Shown here: piece by piece, positions 51,805 through 62,536 of the stretch
Layout: each line of letters begins with the position of its first letter
Numbering within the stretch: the first letter of the stretch is position 1
Assembly: GCA_031414775.1 (NCBI GenBank)
Contig: JANOQI010000059.1
Span: 1-64,000, forward strand
Direction of reading: 5' to 3'
Length of the DNA stretch: 64,000 nt
Source of the DNA: Synechococcales cyanobacterium VAR_4_metabat_354
Lineage (GTDB): Bacteria; Cyanobacteriota; Cyanobacteriia; Cyanobacteriales; Chamaesiphonaceae
The notes under the pieces: generated by a model
The model's input: only the letters and a program-made list of their open reading frames with translations
Databases searched by the model: none
Told to the model about the DNA's origin: nothing
Made by a program: the position numbers and the translations under genes

Positions 51805-54800
51805 ATGCCATCATCTATCCTAGACTCTAATCACTACGCTGAAATAGTTCATGTTAGTGGCATTGCTGAGGGTCTAGCGAGCTTGAATTTTCATTCTCTC
51901 AGTGGCGAAGCTTGCTACGAGTATCTATTTATTTCGCCAGAGCTACCCAGAAATAATTTGGGTCAGGTCACGCCTGGCTGGATGCGCCGCTATACGAACT
52001 GTACGCATGGTGGTTGGTGGTGTGCGGGCTTGGACCCGGTGGCGGATTGGCAGCAGATGGAGTGGGGCACGTTTAAACCCGATGAGCCGAAGTTTAGTAG
52101 AGAAAATAAGGTAATTAAATACGAGCATCCACCGCAGATGGCCACGCGGCTGTTTTGTTTACGGGTAACGGCGGATGTGTGGCAGCAAGTTGCCCAACGG
52201 TATGCAAAGTCGTTGCCTGCCAATTTTGCAGAGCAAACTGATCGGTTTTGGGCATGGGTCTTGGATTCGGCGTTGCCGATCGTGATTTGTGAAGGGGCAA
52301 AAAAGGCGGCTGCTTTGCTCAGTCAGGGCTATATTGCGATCGGACTCCCTGGTATTAACAGCGGTTACCGGGTGCGCAAAGATTTAGCAGGGAATGTGAT
52401 CGATCGATACTTAATTCCTGATCTAGCAGTCTTTGCTAATAATCAGCGCGAAATTTATATCTGTTTTGATTACGAAACTAAACCCAAGACGATCGATGGA
52501 GTGAACCGAGCGATCGCCCATCTGGGGGAAGTTTGTCAAACTCAGCAATGTGCAGTGAAGGTGGTAAGGCTACCCGGTCCCGAAAAAGGCGTAGATGAAT
52601 TTGTGGTGGCGCAGGGGCCAGAAAAATTTGCTGAAATCCATGATCTGGCACTAGATTTGGAAACTGATTTGGCCAAAACTCATCCCCACCACCGGCTGAC
52701 CTATCCGGTGGCGCTAACCCTAAATCAGCGCTACTTACAGCGCTTGGACTTCCCAGAGAGTGGCATTGTGGGGGTAAAGTCGGCGAAGGGCACGGGCAAG
52801 ACCACGGCTTTGATTCCCTTGATTGAGACTGCTCATCAGCAAGAGCGCCCAATTTTGTTGCTCACCCATCGCATTCAGTTAGGGCGCTTTTTGTGCGAAC
52901 GAATCGGGGTGAACTGGATTAATTCTAGTTTGGAGCAAAGCCCCAAAGACGGTGTGGGCTTGTGTTTGGATTCGCTGTGGAAGCTGAACCCTGAGCACTG
53001 GTTGGGCGGCATTATTATTTTGGATGAGGTGGAGCAATCTCTGTGGCATTTGCTGAACAGTTCGACCTGCAAGAGTAAGCGCCTGAACATCCTCAGAACT
53101 TTTCAACGCTTGATTAATCAGGTGTTGGCTTCGGGGGGCTTGATAGTGGCGCAGGATGCTGATTTATCGGATATTGCGATCGATTACCTGGTGAAACTAG
53201 CGGGCTGTGAAATTGAGCCGTGGGTGGTGGTGAACGAGTGGCAGCCAGCGGTGGGTTGGGAGGTGAATTTCTTTGATACGCCTAATCCAGCGGCTTTAAT
53301 TAGTCAGCTAGAACAAGATTTGTTGGCAGGCTATAAGTGTTACGTGACCACCGATAGCCGTTCTGGTCGGTATGGCTCGGATACGCTCGATCGCTATATT
53401 CGGAGTCAGCTCCAGCATTTGGAAAGTCGATATCACAAGACCTTGGTGATTTGTAGCCACACCACCAATACTACTAACCATCCCGCCGTTAATTTTGCTA
53501 CCCAGATTAATGATCGAGTGTCCGAGTACGATGCCGTATTTGTCACACCCACCTTGGGCACCGGAGTCAGTATCGATGTGGAGCACTTCGATCGGGTGTA
53601 TGGCTTGTTTCAAGGGGTGATTCCAGACCCGGAAGTGCGGCAAGCCCTGGCGCGGGTCAGAGCCAATGTCCCCCGTTACTTGTGGTGTACCAAGCGCGGG
53701 GTCGGGATGTTGGGGAGTGGTAGCAATAATTACCGCACCTTAGCTTTCTGGTACCAGGAAAATTACAAGGAAAGCTATGCGCTGATGTGTCCATTGCAGG
53801 CGATTGATGTGGATCTACCGCTGGTCTATGACCCGATGCATTTGCGCACTTGGTCGAAGTTTGCAGCGCGGATCAATGCCTCGATTACGCTGTATCGGGA
53901 GTCGATTAAGGCCAGCTTGCTACTGGAAGGGCATCAAATAAAAGTGATCAATGATGATAGCGATCGAGAAAAGCTGATGGAACTGCGCCAAGCGTTGGTA
54001 GCAGCAGCTAAAACCGATAAGCAGCAAGCCCGCAAGCTGATGAGCGAAATTTTTGCGATGCAGCAACAGACCGAAGTTCAAACCAAAAAACATCAGCTGA
54101 TTAAAGACACCACTAAAAATATTCAGCAGCAGGTGAAACTGCAAGCGGCGCAAGCGATTGCTAAATCTCCTGATTTGGGGGCAGCAGAATATCAGTTTTT
54201 GGCTGGCAAGCGCTTTTTGAGCGAGGCTGAACGTCGCCAAATTAGTAAATATATGCTGAAACAGCGCTATGGGGTGAAAATCACGGCCAAACTTCAGCTT
54301 AAAGATGAGCAAGGTTATTACAATCAGTTATTGACTCACTTCTATTTAATTCATCAACACCAATTGCTAGAACGGGATATCTTGGCTAGTACCAGTGGCG
54401 ATCGACAACCCCGGAATATCGATGGACAGCTGCTCTTGCCGATTAATCGAGAGCAACCAGAACATCAGGTATTTTTGCCAGACATCAATAATTACACCCT
54501 CAAGATTCAGGGTTTGGTGGCCTTAGGGATTCCGGATCTGCTCGATCCACAGCGACAGTTTCGAGCTACCGACCCGGATGTGTTGGCCTTAAAGCAATCG
54601 GCTTGTTTATGCAGTCAGCATATTCGGCGGGCGATTGGCTTAAGTATTGCGGTTAAAACTAAAGCGGTTACTAAGGATAGTTCGATCGTGATTTTGGGTA
54701 AGTTTTTGGGGTTGTTTGGTCTGAAGTTAAAGGTGATTAAAGCTCAGACAGGTGGGGAAGAACCCAAAGATAAGATCTATCAAATTGATCCGGCGACTTG

Positions 54801-54936
54801 GCAGGATGGACGGGAGCAGATTTTTGCGGTGTGGCGGCGCAATTTCCACTTCGATCGGGTGCCAGAATTTTTGCCAGCGCCAGAGTTGGTGACGGATGAT
54901 CGATCGGATCTGGCTGATCAGGTAGTAGTCGTTTAG
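51805..54936 (+). CDS. CyRepA1-family plasmid-type replication protein (DUF3854 primase-like + SF2 helicase-like)
   Basis: KYEHP, ICEGAKKA, FDYE, KGVDE, SAKGTGKT, LDEVEQ, GVSID, Q...RVR. Confidence 0.85.
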   Translation: MPSSILDSNHYAEIVHVSGIAEGLASLNFHSLSGEACYEYLFISPELPRNNLGQVTPGWMRRYTNCTHGGWWCAGLDPVADWQQMEWGTFKPDEPKFSRENKVIKYEHPPQMATRLFCLRVTADVWQQVAQRYAKSLPANFAEQTDRFWAWVLDSALPIVICEGAKKAAALLSQGYIAIGLPGINSGYRVRKDLAGNVIDRYLIPDLAVFANNQREIYICFDYETKPKTIDGVNRAIAHLGEVCQTQQCAVKVVRLPGPEKGVDEFVVAQGPEKFAEIHDLALDLETDLAKTHPHHRLTYPVALTLNQRYLQRLDFPESGIVGVKSAKGTGKTTALIPLIETAHQQERPILLLTHRIQLGRFLCERIGVNWINSSLEQSPKDGVGLCLDSLWKLNPEHWLGGIIILDEVEQSLWHLLNSSTCKSKRLNILRTFQRLINQVLASGGLIVAQDADLSDIAIDYLVKLAGCEIEPWVVVNEWQPAVGWEVNFFDTPNPAALISQLEQDLLAGYKCYVTTDSRSGRYGSDTLDRYIRSQLQHLESRYHKTLVICSHTTNTTNHPAVNFATQINDRVSEYDAVFVTPTLGTGVSIDVEHFDRVYGLFQGVIPDPEVRQALARVRANVPRYLWCTKRGVGMLGSGSNNYRTLAFWYQENYKESYALMCPLQAIDVDLPLVYDPMHLRTWSKFAARINASITLYRESIKASLLLEGHQIKVINDDSDREKLMELRQALVAAAKTDKQQARKLMSEIFAMQQQTEVQTKKHQLIKDTTKNIQQQVKLQAAQAIAKSPDLGAAEYQFLAGKRFLSEAERRQISKYMLKQRYGVKITAKLQLKDEQGYYNQLLTHFYLIHQHQLLERDILASTSGDRQPRNIDGQLLLPINREQPEHQVFLPDINNYTLKIQGLVALGIPDLLDPQRQFRATDPDVLALKQSACLCSQHIRRAIGLSIAVKTKAVTKDSSIVILGKFLGLFGLKLKVIKAQTGGEEPKDKIYQIDPATWQDGREQIFAVWRRNFHFDRVPEFLPAPELVTDDRSDLADQVVVV

Positions 54937-54960
54937 AGATGTAACTGGAATGAGCGCGCC

Positions 54961-55096
54961 TTAACTTTCTGCTTCGGGGGCAAATATGATCCCCTCAAAT
55001 ACTTGCTCGATGGGGAAAGTTAAATTCCTGCATTTCCTCCCATTCCAGATATTCTGCGGGGGTAAGTTGAGGAAAGTGTTCTGGTGCAGCAATCAT
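54961..55096 (-). pseudogene. Internally deleted Uma2-family endonuclease remnant
   Basis: MIAAPEHFPQLTPAEYLEWEEMQEF joined out of frame to NLTFPIEQVFEGIIFAPEAES*. Confidence 0.65.
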
Positions 55097-55273
55097 TGGC
55101 GATCTCCTGAGCTGGCTGATAGTAAAATCATACCATTTTGAATCTTGGTGAATTGATTGAGCATCTATAAATGATGCTGCTTTGACTGCTTATTCTATCT
55201 AGTATTACGGATATAGAGTCTTGTTTCTGGAAAACGATTACAATGGCTGCTGTAGTTGTTTTTAGGATGCAGC

Positions 55274-55708
55274 ATGGCTCTTTCTGTCGGTGCCAAGGCA
55301 CCAGATTTTAATGTTAAAGACACCAACGGCAACACAGTGGTGCTGTCTACTTTCTTAGGTCAGAAGGTGGTGATGTATTTTTACCCGAAAGATGACACGC
55401 CCGGTTGCACGAAGCAGGCTTGCAGTTTTCGGGACAATTATGCGACTTATTTGCAAAAGGGCATTACGGTTTTGGGAGTGAGCCAAGATGATGAGGCGGC
55501 TCACCAGGCTTTTACTAGCAAATTTAGTTTGCCGTTTCCGTTGCTAGCCGATGTGGGTGGGGCGATCTCGAAGGCTTATGATGTGGATGCTGGTGGTTAT
55601 GCCAAGCGGGTAACCTATGTAATTGATGAGAATGGTTCGATCGCACACGTAGATGATACTGTCAGTACTGCTACCCATGCAGACGATATTTTGAAAGTAG
55701 TGGGCTAA
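55274..55708 (+). CDS. bcp: Peroxiredoxin (BCP/PrxQ)
   Basis: YFYPKDDTPGCTKQAC. Confidence 0.9.
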   Translation: MALSVGAKAPDFNVKDTNGNTVVLSTFLGQKVVMYFYPKDDTPGCTKQACSFRDNYATYLQKGITVLGVSQDDEAAHQAFTSKFSLPFPLLADVGGAISKAYDVDAGGYAKRVTYVIDENGSIAHVDDTVSTATHADDILKVVG

Positions 55709-56020
55709 TCTTTAAGGCTTGTGAATTTGCCTCTGGCTGTAATTAGCCAGGGGCTTTTTGTGTTTTTGGGCGGATTGAAGCTGGTGAAGGATGGAAATAG
55801 AAGTGTTGGGTGTTAAGGTTGGCGATCGAATCGTGATACTTGTCACAGGCGAATTCTGTTTCCGCGTAAATACTGATAGTAGGGTGATCGACACATTATT
55901 TGAGTCTGGTGTTTTTAGCTAAGTGATCCAGGAATCGTTCATTTTTGAGCTAAAACTGGGCATCATAACTAGTAGTTGTTTCCTATTGATTTCTTCTGAC
56001 TTGGACTTATTTAACTTTCT

Positions 56021-56584
56021 ATGAATAAATTTAGTCGTGTTGATGAGGGCTTCACTCTCGTAGAAATATTAGTGGTGCTATTAATTGTTGGTATTTTAGC
56101 GACGATTGCTGTTCCTTCTTTGATGGCACAGAAAAAGTCTATGCGATCGGCAATGTCTCAGACAGAATCTATGTTGAAGACGGTGAATTTAGTGGCAAGA
56201 GCTAATGCTGGCAACCCTTACCGGATTCGATCGATCTACGATGCTGGAGCCGATCGATATCAATTGCGGGTAGAAAGTCGTCGGAATGGTACTTGTGCTT
56301 CAACCGATCAATGGATTGGTGACAACAACAAATTTGTTGATTTACCAGTTGGTATAACTATTGCAGATGAAGATGGCGCAGCTATCCCATCTGTCAAGGT
56401 GGCATCTTTTGCGGCTAATACGATTTGTTTTAATAGCCGGGGCGAGAGTAATGGGGGCGAGAAAAAGTTTAGCCTTGTCGATACCCAGAGCCAGTCCAAA
56501 GTATATCGGGCAAAAATGTCTGTAAGTGTTGTGGGTGACGTGTCGGTTACTAAATTTGATGACAATGGAATACTGCTTTACTAG
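56021..56584 (+). CDS. Type IV minor pilin, FimT/GspH-like
   Basis: GFTLVEILVVLLIVGILA prepilin motif; ICFNSRG. Confidence 0.88.
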   Translation: MNKFSRVDEGFTLVEILVVLLIVGILATIAVPSLMAQKKSMRSAMSQTESMLKTVNLVARANAGNPYRIRSIYDAGADRYQLRVESRRNGTCASTDQWIGDNNKFVDLPVGITIADEDGAAIPSVKVASFAANTICFNSRGESNGGEKKFSLVDTQSQSKVYRAKMSVSVVGDVSVTKFDDNGILLY

Positions 56585-56633
56585 TCAACAAATTAGGCTA
56601 TCAATAAAATATCAAGAATTTGAGGGCAATCAT

Positions 56634-57116
56634 GTGGCTGTAGTTAATAGAGCTATTAGTAAATATAAAAAAAATAAGCAGGGCAATGCAAATCAAGGTT
56701 TTGGCATTTTGGAGGCCTCGATCGCTCTTACTACTCTGGGTGTAACACTAGCTTATGCCATGCCCCTATTTTTGTACTCTAAGATGAATAACTCTAAGAG
56801 TGAAATCAGAACCGGTGGCATGATGGTGGCGCAGAGAATTTTAGATAAAACACGCGGCACGCCTTTTACAGCTATTTGTTCAACAGGAACTGTTGCTTTG
56901 AGCAGTACCGCTACTACTGATACTTGTCAGTCTGGAGCCACATTAGGTGATATTAAAACTGATTTAACAGCCATGGGGCGCACTTACACTGCTAGAACAT
57001 TCCACTGTGAAACTGCTAGTGATTGCTCTACTAATTACAAAACACTAAGAGTAGAGATTAAACAAAATGGGGCAACAATATATGAAATGTCTGCGGGTTT
57101 CACAAACTTCCGATAA
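56634..57116 (+). CDS. Type IV minor pilin, PilV-like
   Basis: QGFGILEASIAL prepilin motif; probable GTG start at 56634. Confidence 0.78.
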   Translation: MAVVNRAISKYKKNKQGNANQGFGILEASIALTTLGVTLAYAMPLFLYSKMNNSKSEIRTGGMMVAQRILDKTRGTPFTAICSTGTVALSSTATTDTCQSGATLGDIKTDLTAMGRTYTARTFHCETASDCSTNYKTLRVEIKQNGATIYEMSAGFTNFR

Positions 57117-58212
57117 GGGTTTTACTATCTTAGAAATGATGGTAGGAATATCTATGACTTTAGCTGTTAGTGGTATAGCTTTGGCGGCTTTGTCTAATGC
57201 TGAAAGAGGGTTTACTAAAGATAAAGGTAAAGTAGAAGGGGGTCAAAAGCTATCTTCGGTCATTGATACTATTGGCCGCGAAATTGTGCAAGCAGGTGAA
57301 GAAATTAATGATCCTCGGTTTCCTGTAATTAAAGTTACCCCAGATATTGATCCAAATCCTCTTACGAATAAAGGCTCAAGAATAATCATCTATCGTGGTC
57401 TAGAGGAAGCATTGTCGCTCTGTAGTGCCCTGCCCTCTACTAATGCTTTAGCTACTGGAGCTACAACTACTACATTATCACTGACTTCTACAAATAGTGG
57501 TGTGCAATTAGAGAATTCATCTTGTATTCCTCCTGCTACTCCTACGACTCCTGCTTACCCTAGTAATGTACAAGATTGGATCGCGAAGAGAACGGCTAGT
57601 AACAATCCAACACCCGGCCAGTCAACATTTTTTCTTCATGATGGTCAAGGAAACATCCAGCGACTCTTATTAACTGGTGAGACTAAGACTAGTGCCAGTG
57701 GTCTTGATACAATTGGTTTGACTGTATCATCAAATCCAACAACCCCAACAGCTATCACCTCACTCTTTAATTTTCCTAATAGAAGCACCCTAAATCTAGT
57801 TGAAAAACGTGAGTATTTAATTTGCAGTAATGCTGGTGTAAATGAATTAAAAGTAAGAATTAATAATCCTAACGAAGGTAGCTGTGCCACTACTGGAACC
57901 TCACTGGGGGTTTCTTTGACAGATTCAGCGACATCTCCCTTTAAAACTGTTGCTACTAAAATCAACAAGATGAATATTACTTTGACAACGGCGGATACAG
58001 CTACACCACCTAACATAACCGATCGTCCAGATACTATCTTCCCCATCACTGGTGCAACACCTGTGGATTGGCGTGATTTACGTGGGGTTACAGTAAAAAT
58101 TACTGCTCCCAATCCTGATACAAATGCTGACTTGATGGCTGCCGATAAACGTAACATTGATGCTTCCGGTCGTTTCTATCCGCGTAATATCTTGTCAACT
58201 AATGCTCAATAG
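57067..58212 (+). CDS. Type IV minor pilin, PilW-like
   Basis: KGFTILEMMVG prepilin motif; C-terminal PRN. Confidence 0.82.
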   Translation: MGQQYMKCLRVSQTSDKGFTILEMMVGISMTLAVSGIALAALSNAERGFTKDKGKVEGGQKLSSVIDTIGREIVQAGEEINDPRFPVIKVTPDIDPNPLTNKGSRIIIYRGLEEALSLCSALPSTNALATGATTTTLSLTSTNSGVQLENSSCIPPATPTTPAYPSNVQDWIAKRTASNNPTPGQSTFFLHDGQGNIQRLLLTGETKTSASGLDTIGLTVSSNPTTPTAITSLFNFPNRSTLNLVEKREYLICSNAGVNELKVRINNPNEGSCATTGTSLGVSLTDSATSPFKTVATKINKMNITLTTADTATPPNITDRPDTIFPITGATPVDWRDLRGVTVKITAPNPDTNADLMAADKRNIDASGRFYPRNILSTNAQ

Positions 58213-58248
58213 CTAAACCAAGTTCTGTAAAAGTAAAACTGAGTAAAT

Positions 58249-60918
58249 ATGAAAATTGATCGCAAACAAATTCGTTATTCTTTGCAACTTTTAGTACATT
58301 TTCAGAAAAACAAGGTGACTAATAATCAAGATGGCTATGCCATGCTGATCACTTCAATTTTAGCTATTTTGATGTTTAGTATGCTGAGTGTTTATTTATT
58401 TTCAGCTAATCTCTATAAATCAGTTGCTAATGCTGTAGTTGATTCTGGTTCAACTTTCTATGCTGCTGAATCGGGGATGAACAGAAGAGCAAACCTGGTT
58501 AGAGATAAATTTGAAGGCTATTCTCAGCCAACTGGCACAGAGCCTGATGGTGGAACAAATGTGGCTACTCAAATGCAAAATTGTATTAGCAATACCAATA
58601 TTGGTACTAATGATCTTGCTTGTAATAGAAATGATTTTGATTATAAAGAATCTCAGTGGAAGGCTGCAATTGGTGGCTCTAAGGAAAGTTTTGAATCGCA
58701 GTTTAATAATAATCCTAATATTAAATATCGGGCTTATTCTTTCGTTAAAAGAATTACAACTGACTTGAATCCAGCACTTACTAGGATTCCACCAGGAGAA
58801 GACTTTGCTGGTTTGAATATGCAGGAATACAAGTATCGATTATATTCAACTGCCATGAAACGAGGGGAAAGTGAATTAACTAATCCTAATGATTTCTCTG
58901 TTGCGGCTCAAACACTACTACAAATGGACTTTAATAGTCGAATTATTCCTCTATTTCAGTTTGCTGCCTTTTATGAGCAAGATTTAGAAATTACTAGTTC
59001 TTCTAATATGGCCTTGAATGGAGCTGTTCACAGTAACAGTAATATATGGTTTGGTAATGGTGGTACTGTTACTGCTGGTCAATTGACAGCTGCTGGGGAA
59101 AAAGATGCCAGCGGTAACTGGATTGCTAGTAAGGGTAAAATTTATAAGTCATTGAATAGAGCTTCTACGACTGGTGGACTAAATCCTGGATATAGATTCA
59201 TTCTTGGCAGTAATTCGCCTATTAGCGTTGGTAATCCAACTACGGGTGTAATAAATACTGCCAATACTCAGGTAACGGCAACTGAGATTGCCAATAGTAA
59301 TGGGCTTTTGAGGATAAATACGCCCAAGCTAGATATTCCAGGAGCTGGTTTACTAGACACGACTGGTAACTACTTTACCAAAGCCGATTTGCAAGTGGAG
59401 TTTGACCCAGATAATAAAAACAATACTACCCCTCACCCATATGGATTTGGAATGAAATCAGTGCAAGGTGGTACTCCTAATATTTTTACTGATGAGATGT
59501 TGAGAAGCTTGCGCCAGCCGGTAATGTTAGTCACTCAGGCTCATAGTGGTGACAATAGAGCTACAGAATGGAGTAACTTGTGTATCAGGAATGAAGCTAA
59601 TTTTACTGCCACCGCAGTTAGCAATACTGATACTTGGAGTAGTTTGACTACTGCTGCTACTACCGCCGCTGCCACTGACAGCAATGCGCTCAGAGATGCG
59701 CTTGCTAAATCTTCCACCATCTATACATTTTCACAGCTAAATGGTACGACCTCTATAGGTTCCTTGCCAGGCGACTTAAAAACGCAGTTACCTACTTTGA
59801 CGGCTCTCACGCCTCGTCAGATTGCTAATAAAGCTGGTAATTGCTTCTTGCCAGCTCCTATGTTGGTATTGAATACCCCTACAGCGGCTCCGGCTAGTAC
59901 TGCTCTAGCTTCAGCGGTTGGTCAAACAGATCGCCAGGAAAATCGGCTAATGAAGATTCTCCAGTCTAATATTCATAGCTTGACCGTCTGGAACCGCGAC
60001 GGGAGATATAGTAATGCTACCGCTACTGGTGTATTAGATGCTGATGGTAAAGTTTTTGCTCGCATTAGTGCTAATAGTACCGCCCCAGCTGGTGGTTATG
60101 AATGGATGGGATTTGCTGCTAGTGACAGAACTGAAGGCGGTTTAGTTTGGCATTTTTCGGTGAGTAATGTAACCGCTAATTCATCGGCTTATCCCAGCCC
60201 TACTGTTCCGCCGGCTGCTCCGACTGCTGATACAGCTATTAGGAAAAGTCAGTTTGGCTTTGGTTTTTCCGGTGGCCGCTGGTTACCAGGGCCACTAACT
60301 TTGGCCACCGATCAAATTGTCTATGTGCAAGGTGATTTTAATAATCCAGGTGGTTTACAACCTGATAGTATCGGTGATCCTGTATTTTCTGATAGGAAAG
60401 CTGATGGCTCACTTAGAACTGATGGTACGGGTCCACAAAGAATTGAAAACTCTAATCAAAAACAGCCAGCAGCAATAATGGCCGACGCGATCGGGGTCTT
60501 GTCTAACAGCTGTAGAGGTGTTAATGGAGAGTTTAACTGTTTCAATATTATACTTAATAGTCAATTGAATTTGGCTACTCCTACAAGTATTAATGCTGCG
60601 TTTCTAGCAGGGACAACTAATGGATCTGGTCTCAATAACTACATGCGTATGATGGAGAATTGGGGCGGGACAAGTGGTAGTATTTTTAGATATCGTGGTT
60701 CATTTGTTAGCTTTAGTACCCCGCGAAAGCTTGATGGCATATATCGTGCGAGTAGTAGTACTAATGCAACCACTACAAGCTATTACTCGATTCCTAGTCG
60801 TGATTTTGGATATGATATTAGTTTTAACACAGTGACTGGTTTGCCACCATTGACTCCTAAAGCAGTTTACTTGAAACAACGAGTCTTTAGAAGAGACTAC
60901 AACAACGAGCGCAATTAA
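58249..60918 (+). CDS. Large PilX-like pilus assembly protein
   Basis: DGYAMLITSIL (no E5), FYAAESG, FQFAAFY, G.VHSN, R.MENW, LPPLTP. Confidence 0.75.
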   Translation: MKIDRKQIRYSLQLLVHFQKNKVTNNQDGYAMLITSILAILMFSMLSVYLFSANLYKSVANAVVDSGSTFYAAESGMNRRANLVRDKFEGYSQPTGTEPDGGTNVATQMQNCISNTNIGTNDLACNRNDFDYKESQWKAAIGGSKESFESQFNNNPNIKYRAYSFVKRITTDLNPALTRIPPGEDFAGLNMQEYKYRLYSTAMKRGESELTNPNDFSVAAQTLLQMDFNSRIIPLFQFAAFYEQDLEITSSSNMALNGAVHSNSNIWFGNGGTVTAGQLTAAGEKDASGNWIASKGKIYKSLNRASTTGGLNPGYRFILGSNSPISVGNPTTGVINTANTQVTATEIANSNGLLRINTPKLDIPGAGLLDTTGNYFTKADLQVEFDPDNKNNTTPHPYGFGMKSVQGGTPNIFTDEMLRSLRQPVMLVTQAHSGDNRATEWSNLCIRNEANFTATAVSNTDTWSSLTTAATTAAATDSNALRDALAKSSTIYTFSQLNGTTSIGSLPGDLKTQLPTLTALTPRQIANKAGNCFLPAPMLVLNTPTAAPASTALASAVGQTDRQENRLMKILQSNIHSLTVWNRDGRYSNATATGVLDADGKVFARISANSTAPAGGYEWMGFAASDRTEGGLVWHFSVSNVTANSSAYPSPTVPPAAPTADTAIRKSQFGFGFSGGRWLPGPLTLATDQIVYVQGDFNNPGGLQPDSIGDPVFSDRKADGSLRTDGTGPQRIENSNQKQPAAIMADAIGVLSNSCRGVNGEFNCFNIILNSQLNLATPTSINAAFLAGTTNGSGLNNYMRMMENWGGTSGSIFRYRGSFVSFSTPRKLDGIYRASSSTNATTTSYYSIPSRDFGYDISFNTVTGLPPLTPKAVYLKQRVFRRDYNNERN

Positions 60919-61057
60919 TCTCTGAATATAACTATAATTAAGTGGTTGCTAGTAAACGAATGATTTTACTAGCAACTTTCGCTTTTAACCCGCCTTTACC
61001 ACCGTCGTCGATCGATTCGTTGAGTGTGAATCACGGTTATAGCGATTTCCAGCGCAG

Positions 61058-61474
61058 CTATTGGACAACAGCACTATTTAATAACGGCGTATCTCGCCCC
61101 GCCAACAACTCATCATAATCACGAACTTCAATTAAATTATTGCGATCGTCCACCATCACCACTTGGGGACGATGATCGGCCATCTCAGCCGTATCGAACT
61201 GAGCATAGGTCATAATAATTAGCCGATCGCCTTTTTCACCTAACCGCGCTGCTGCTCCATTAAGTTCGATCGATCCCTCACCAGCTGGCGCGGCGATCGC
61301 ATAGGTCACAAAACGCTGACCATTATTGACATTCACCACCTGCACCTGCTCATAGGGAATAATGTTGGCAGCCTGTAGCAGCAGCTCATCAACACTAATG
61401 CTACCCATGTATTGTAAATTAGCATCAGTAACAGTGCAGCTATGAATTTTTCCAGACAACAATGTGCGGTACAT
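61058..61474 (-). CDS. panD: Aspartate 1-decarboxylase
   Basis: KIH, Y.GS.S.D cleavage site, NG.RF.TY, LNGAAAR. Confidence 0.96.
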   Translation of the reverse strand: MYRTLLSGKIHSCTVTDANLQYMGSISVDELLLQAANIIPYEQVQVVNVNNGQRFVTYAIAAPAGEGSIELNGAAARLGEKGDRLIIMTYAQFDTAEMADHRPQVVMVDDRNNLIEVRDYDELLAGRDTPLLNSAVVQ

Positions 61475-61541
61475 AGGGTTAGAAATTTAGAGAAAAATAA
61501 CTCATATCCCCTTTGCCAAAGGGGATTGAGGAGAATTTAGA

Positions 61542-62066
61542 TTACTTGTCAGCAGCAATACACTTATCAACTAGGGCTTGCACTTCACTGGCATCTTTCC
61601 AACCCAAGATTTCGGTTACTTTCTTTTCGAGGTTCTTGTAGGTTTTAAAGAACTCAGTGATTTCATCGAGCCGATGTTGGGAAATATCATGAATCGATTT
61701 AACCTGGGCATAGCGCGGATCTTTGTCCGGTACACACAAAATCTTCTCATCTCGATCGCCACCATCAATCATTTCCAACATGCCGATCGGACGAGCAGCA
61801 ATTACACAACCAGGAAAAGTAGGCTGATCCATAATCACCATTGCATCTAAAGGATCGCCATCATCGCCCAAAGTATTAGGAATGAAGCCATAATCGCAAG
61901 GGTACTGCACCGACGAGAACAACACCCGATCGAGAGCGAAGGCATTCAAATCTTTGTCAAATTCGTACTTGTTCTTGCTGCCAGCAGCGATTTCGATAAG
62001 GACATTAATAATCCCTGGTTTTGGCTGAGCCGGAATCCGCGCTAAATCCACAGTAAAATTCTCCAA
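61542..62066 (-). CDS. ppa: Inorganic pyrophosphatase
   Basis: KNKYE, DYGFIP, DGDPLD, DEKILCV; start uncertain. Confidence 0.95.
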   Translation of the reverse strand: MENFTVDLARIPAQPKPGIINVLIEIAAGSKNKYEFDKDLNAFALDRVLFSSVQYPCDYGFIPNTLGDDGDPLDAMVIMDQPTFPGCVIAARPIGMLEMIDGGDRDEKILCVPDKDPRYAQVKSIHDISQHRLDEITEFFKTYKNLEKKVTEILGWKDASEVQALVDKCIAADK

Positions 62067-62137
62067 ATAACAACATCAGGGAAGTTAATCCCTTGAACAT
62101 TTTACTTGGAGAACGACGCACTCACCGCAAGTGCTGG

Positions 62138-62314
62138 TTATTTCACGGTAGAGACCTCGGTGGCCACAATCCCTGGGGGACTACTGGGCGAATAAGTAGC
62201 GATCGCCACAATTGGTAAGGTCAAGGTCAGGAGGGCAATAATCGTTCCCCAAACTTCTTCCCAGGCATGGGTACTAGCAGGCAAAGATTTATTTGATGAC
62301 GGCGCAGGGTCCAT
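62138..62314 (-). CDS. Small single-TM protein (not in ORF track)
   Basis: MDPAPSSNKSLPASTHAWEEVWGTIIALLTLTLPIVAIATYS..., 58 aa. Confidence 0.55.
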   Translation of the reverse strand: MDPAPSSNKSLPASTHAWEEVWGTIIALLTLTLPIVAIATYSPSSPPGIVATEVSTVK

Positions 62315-62536
62315 TTAGAAATTCTATAATTCAACATTGGTAGAAGGGGCTTTTTGAGCTGATTATCTACCACTATTACTATAGTACCCATTGTTTCGAG
62401 ATAAATTTGTGCTGGTCATTACAGATAACCGTATTTTCAGGCGGGTGGGATCGCCAACCCAGCGCTGATCCCCATTGTTAGCAGTTATTAATTTTTCCTT
62501 AAGGTGTTGTTAATTGCTGATTATATTTGCAAATAC

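Noticed and set aside
51407..55096. Second integrated element at tRNA-Asn carrying the Rep gene
   Set aside because: No integrase and no duplicated tRNA fragment seen; the Rep gene lies on the 5' side of the tRNA
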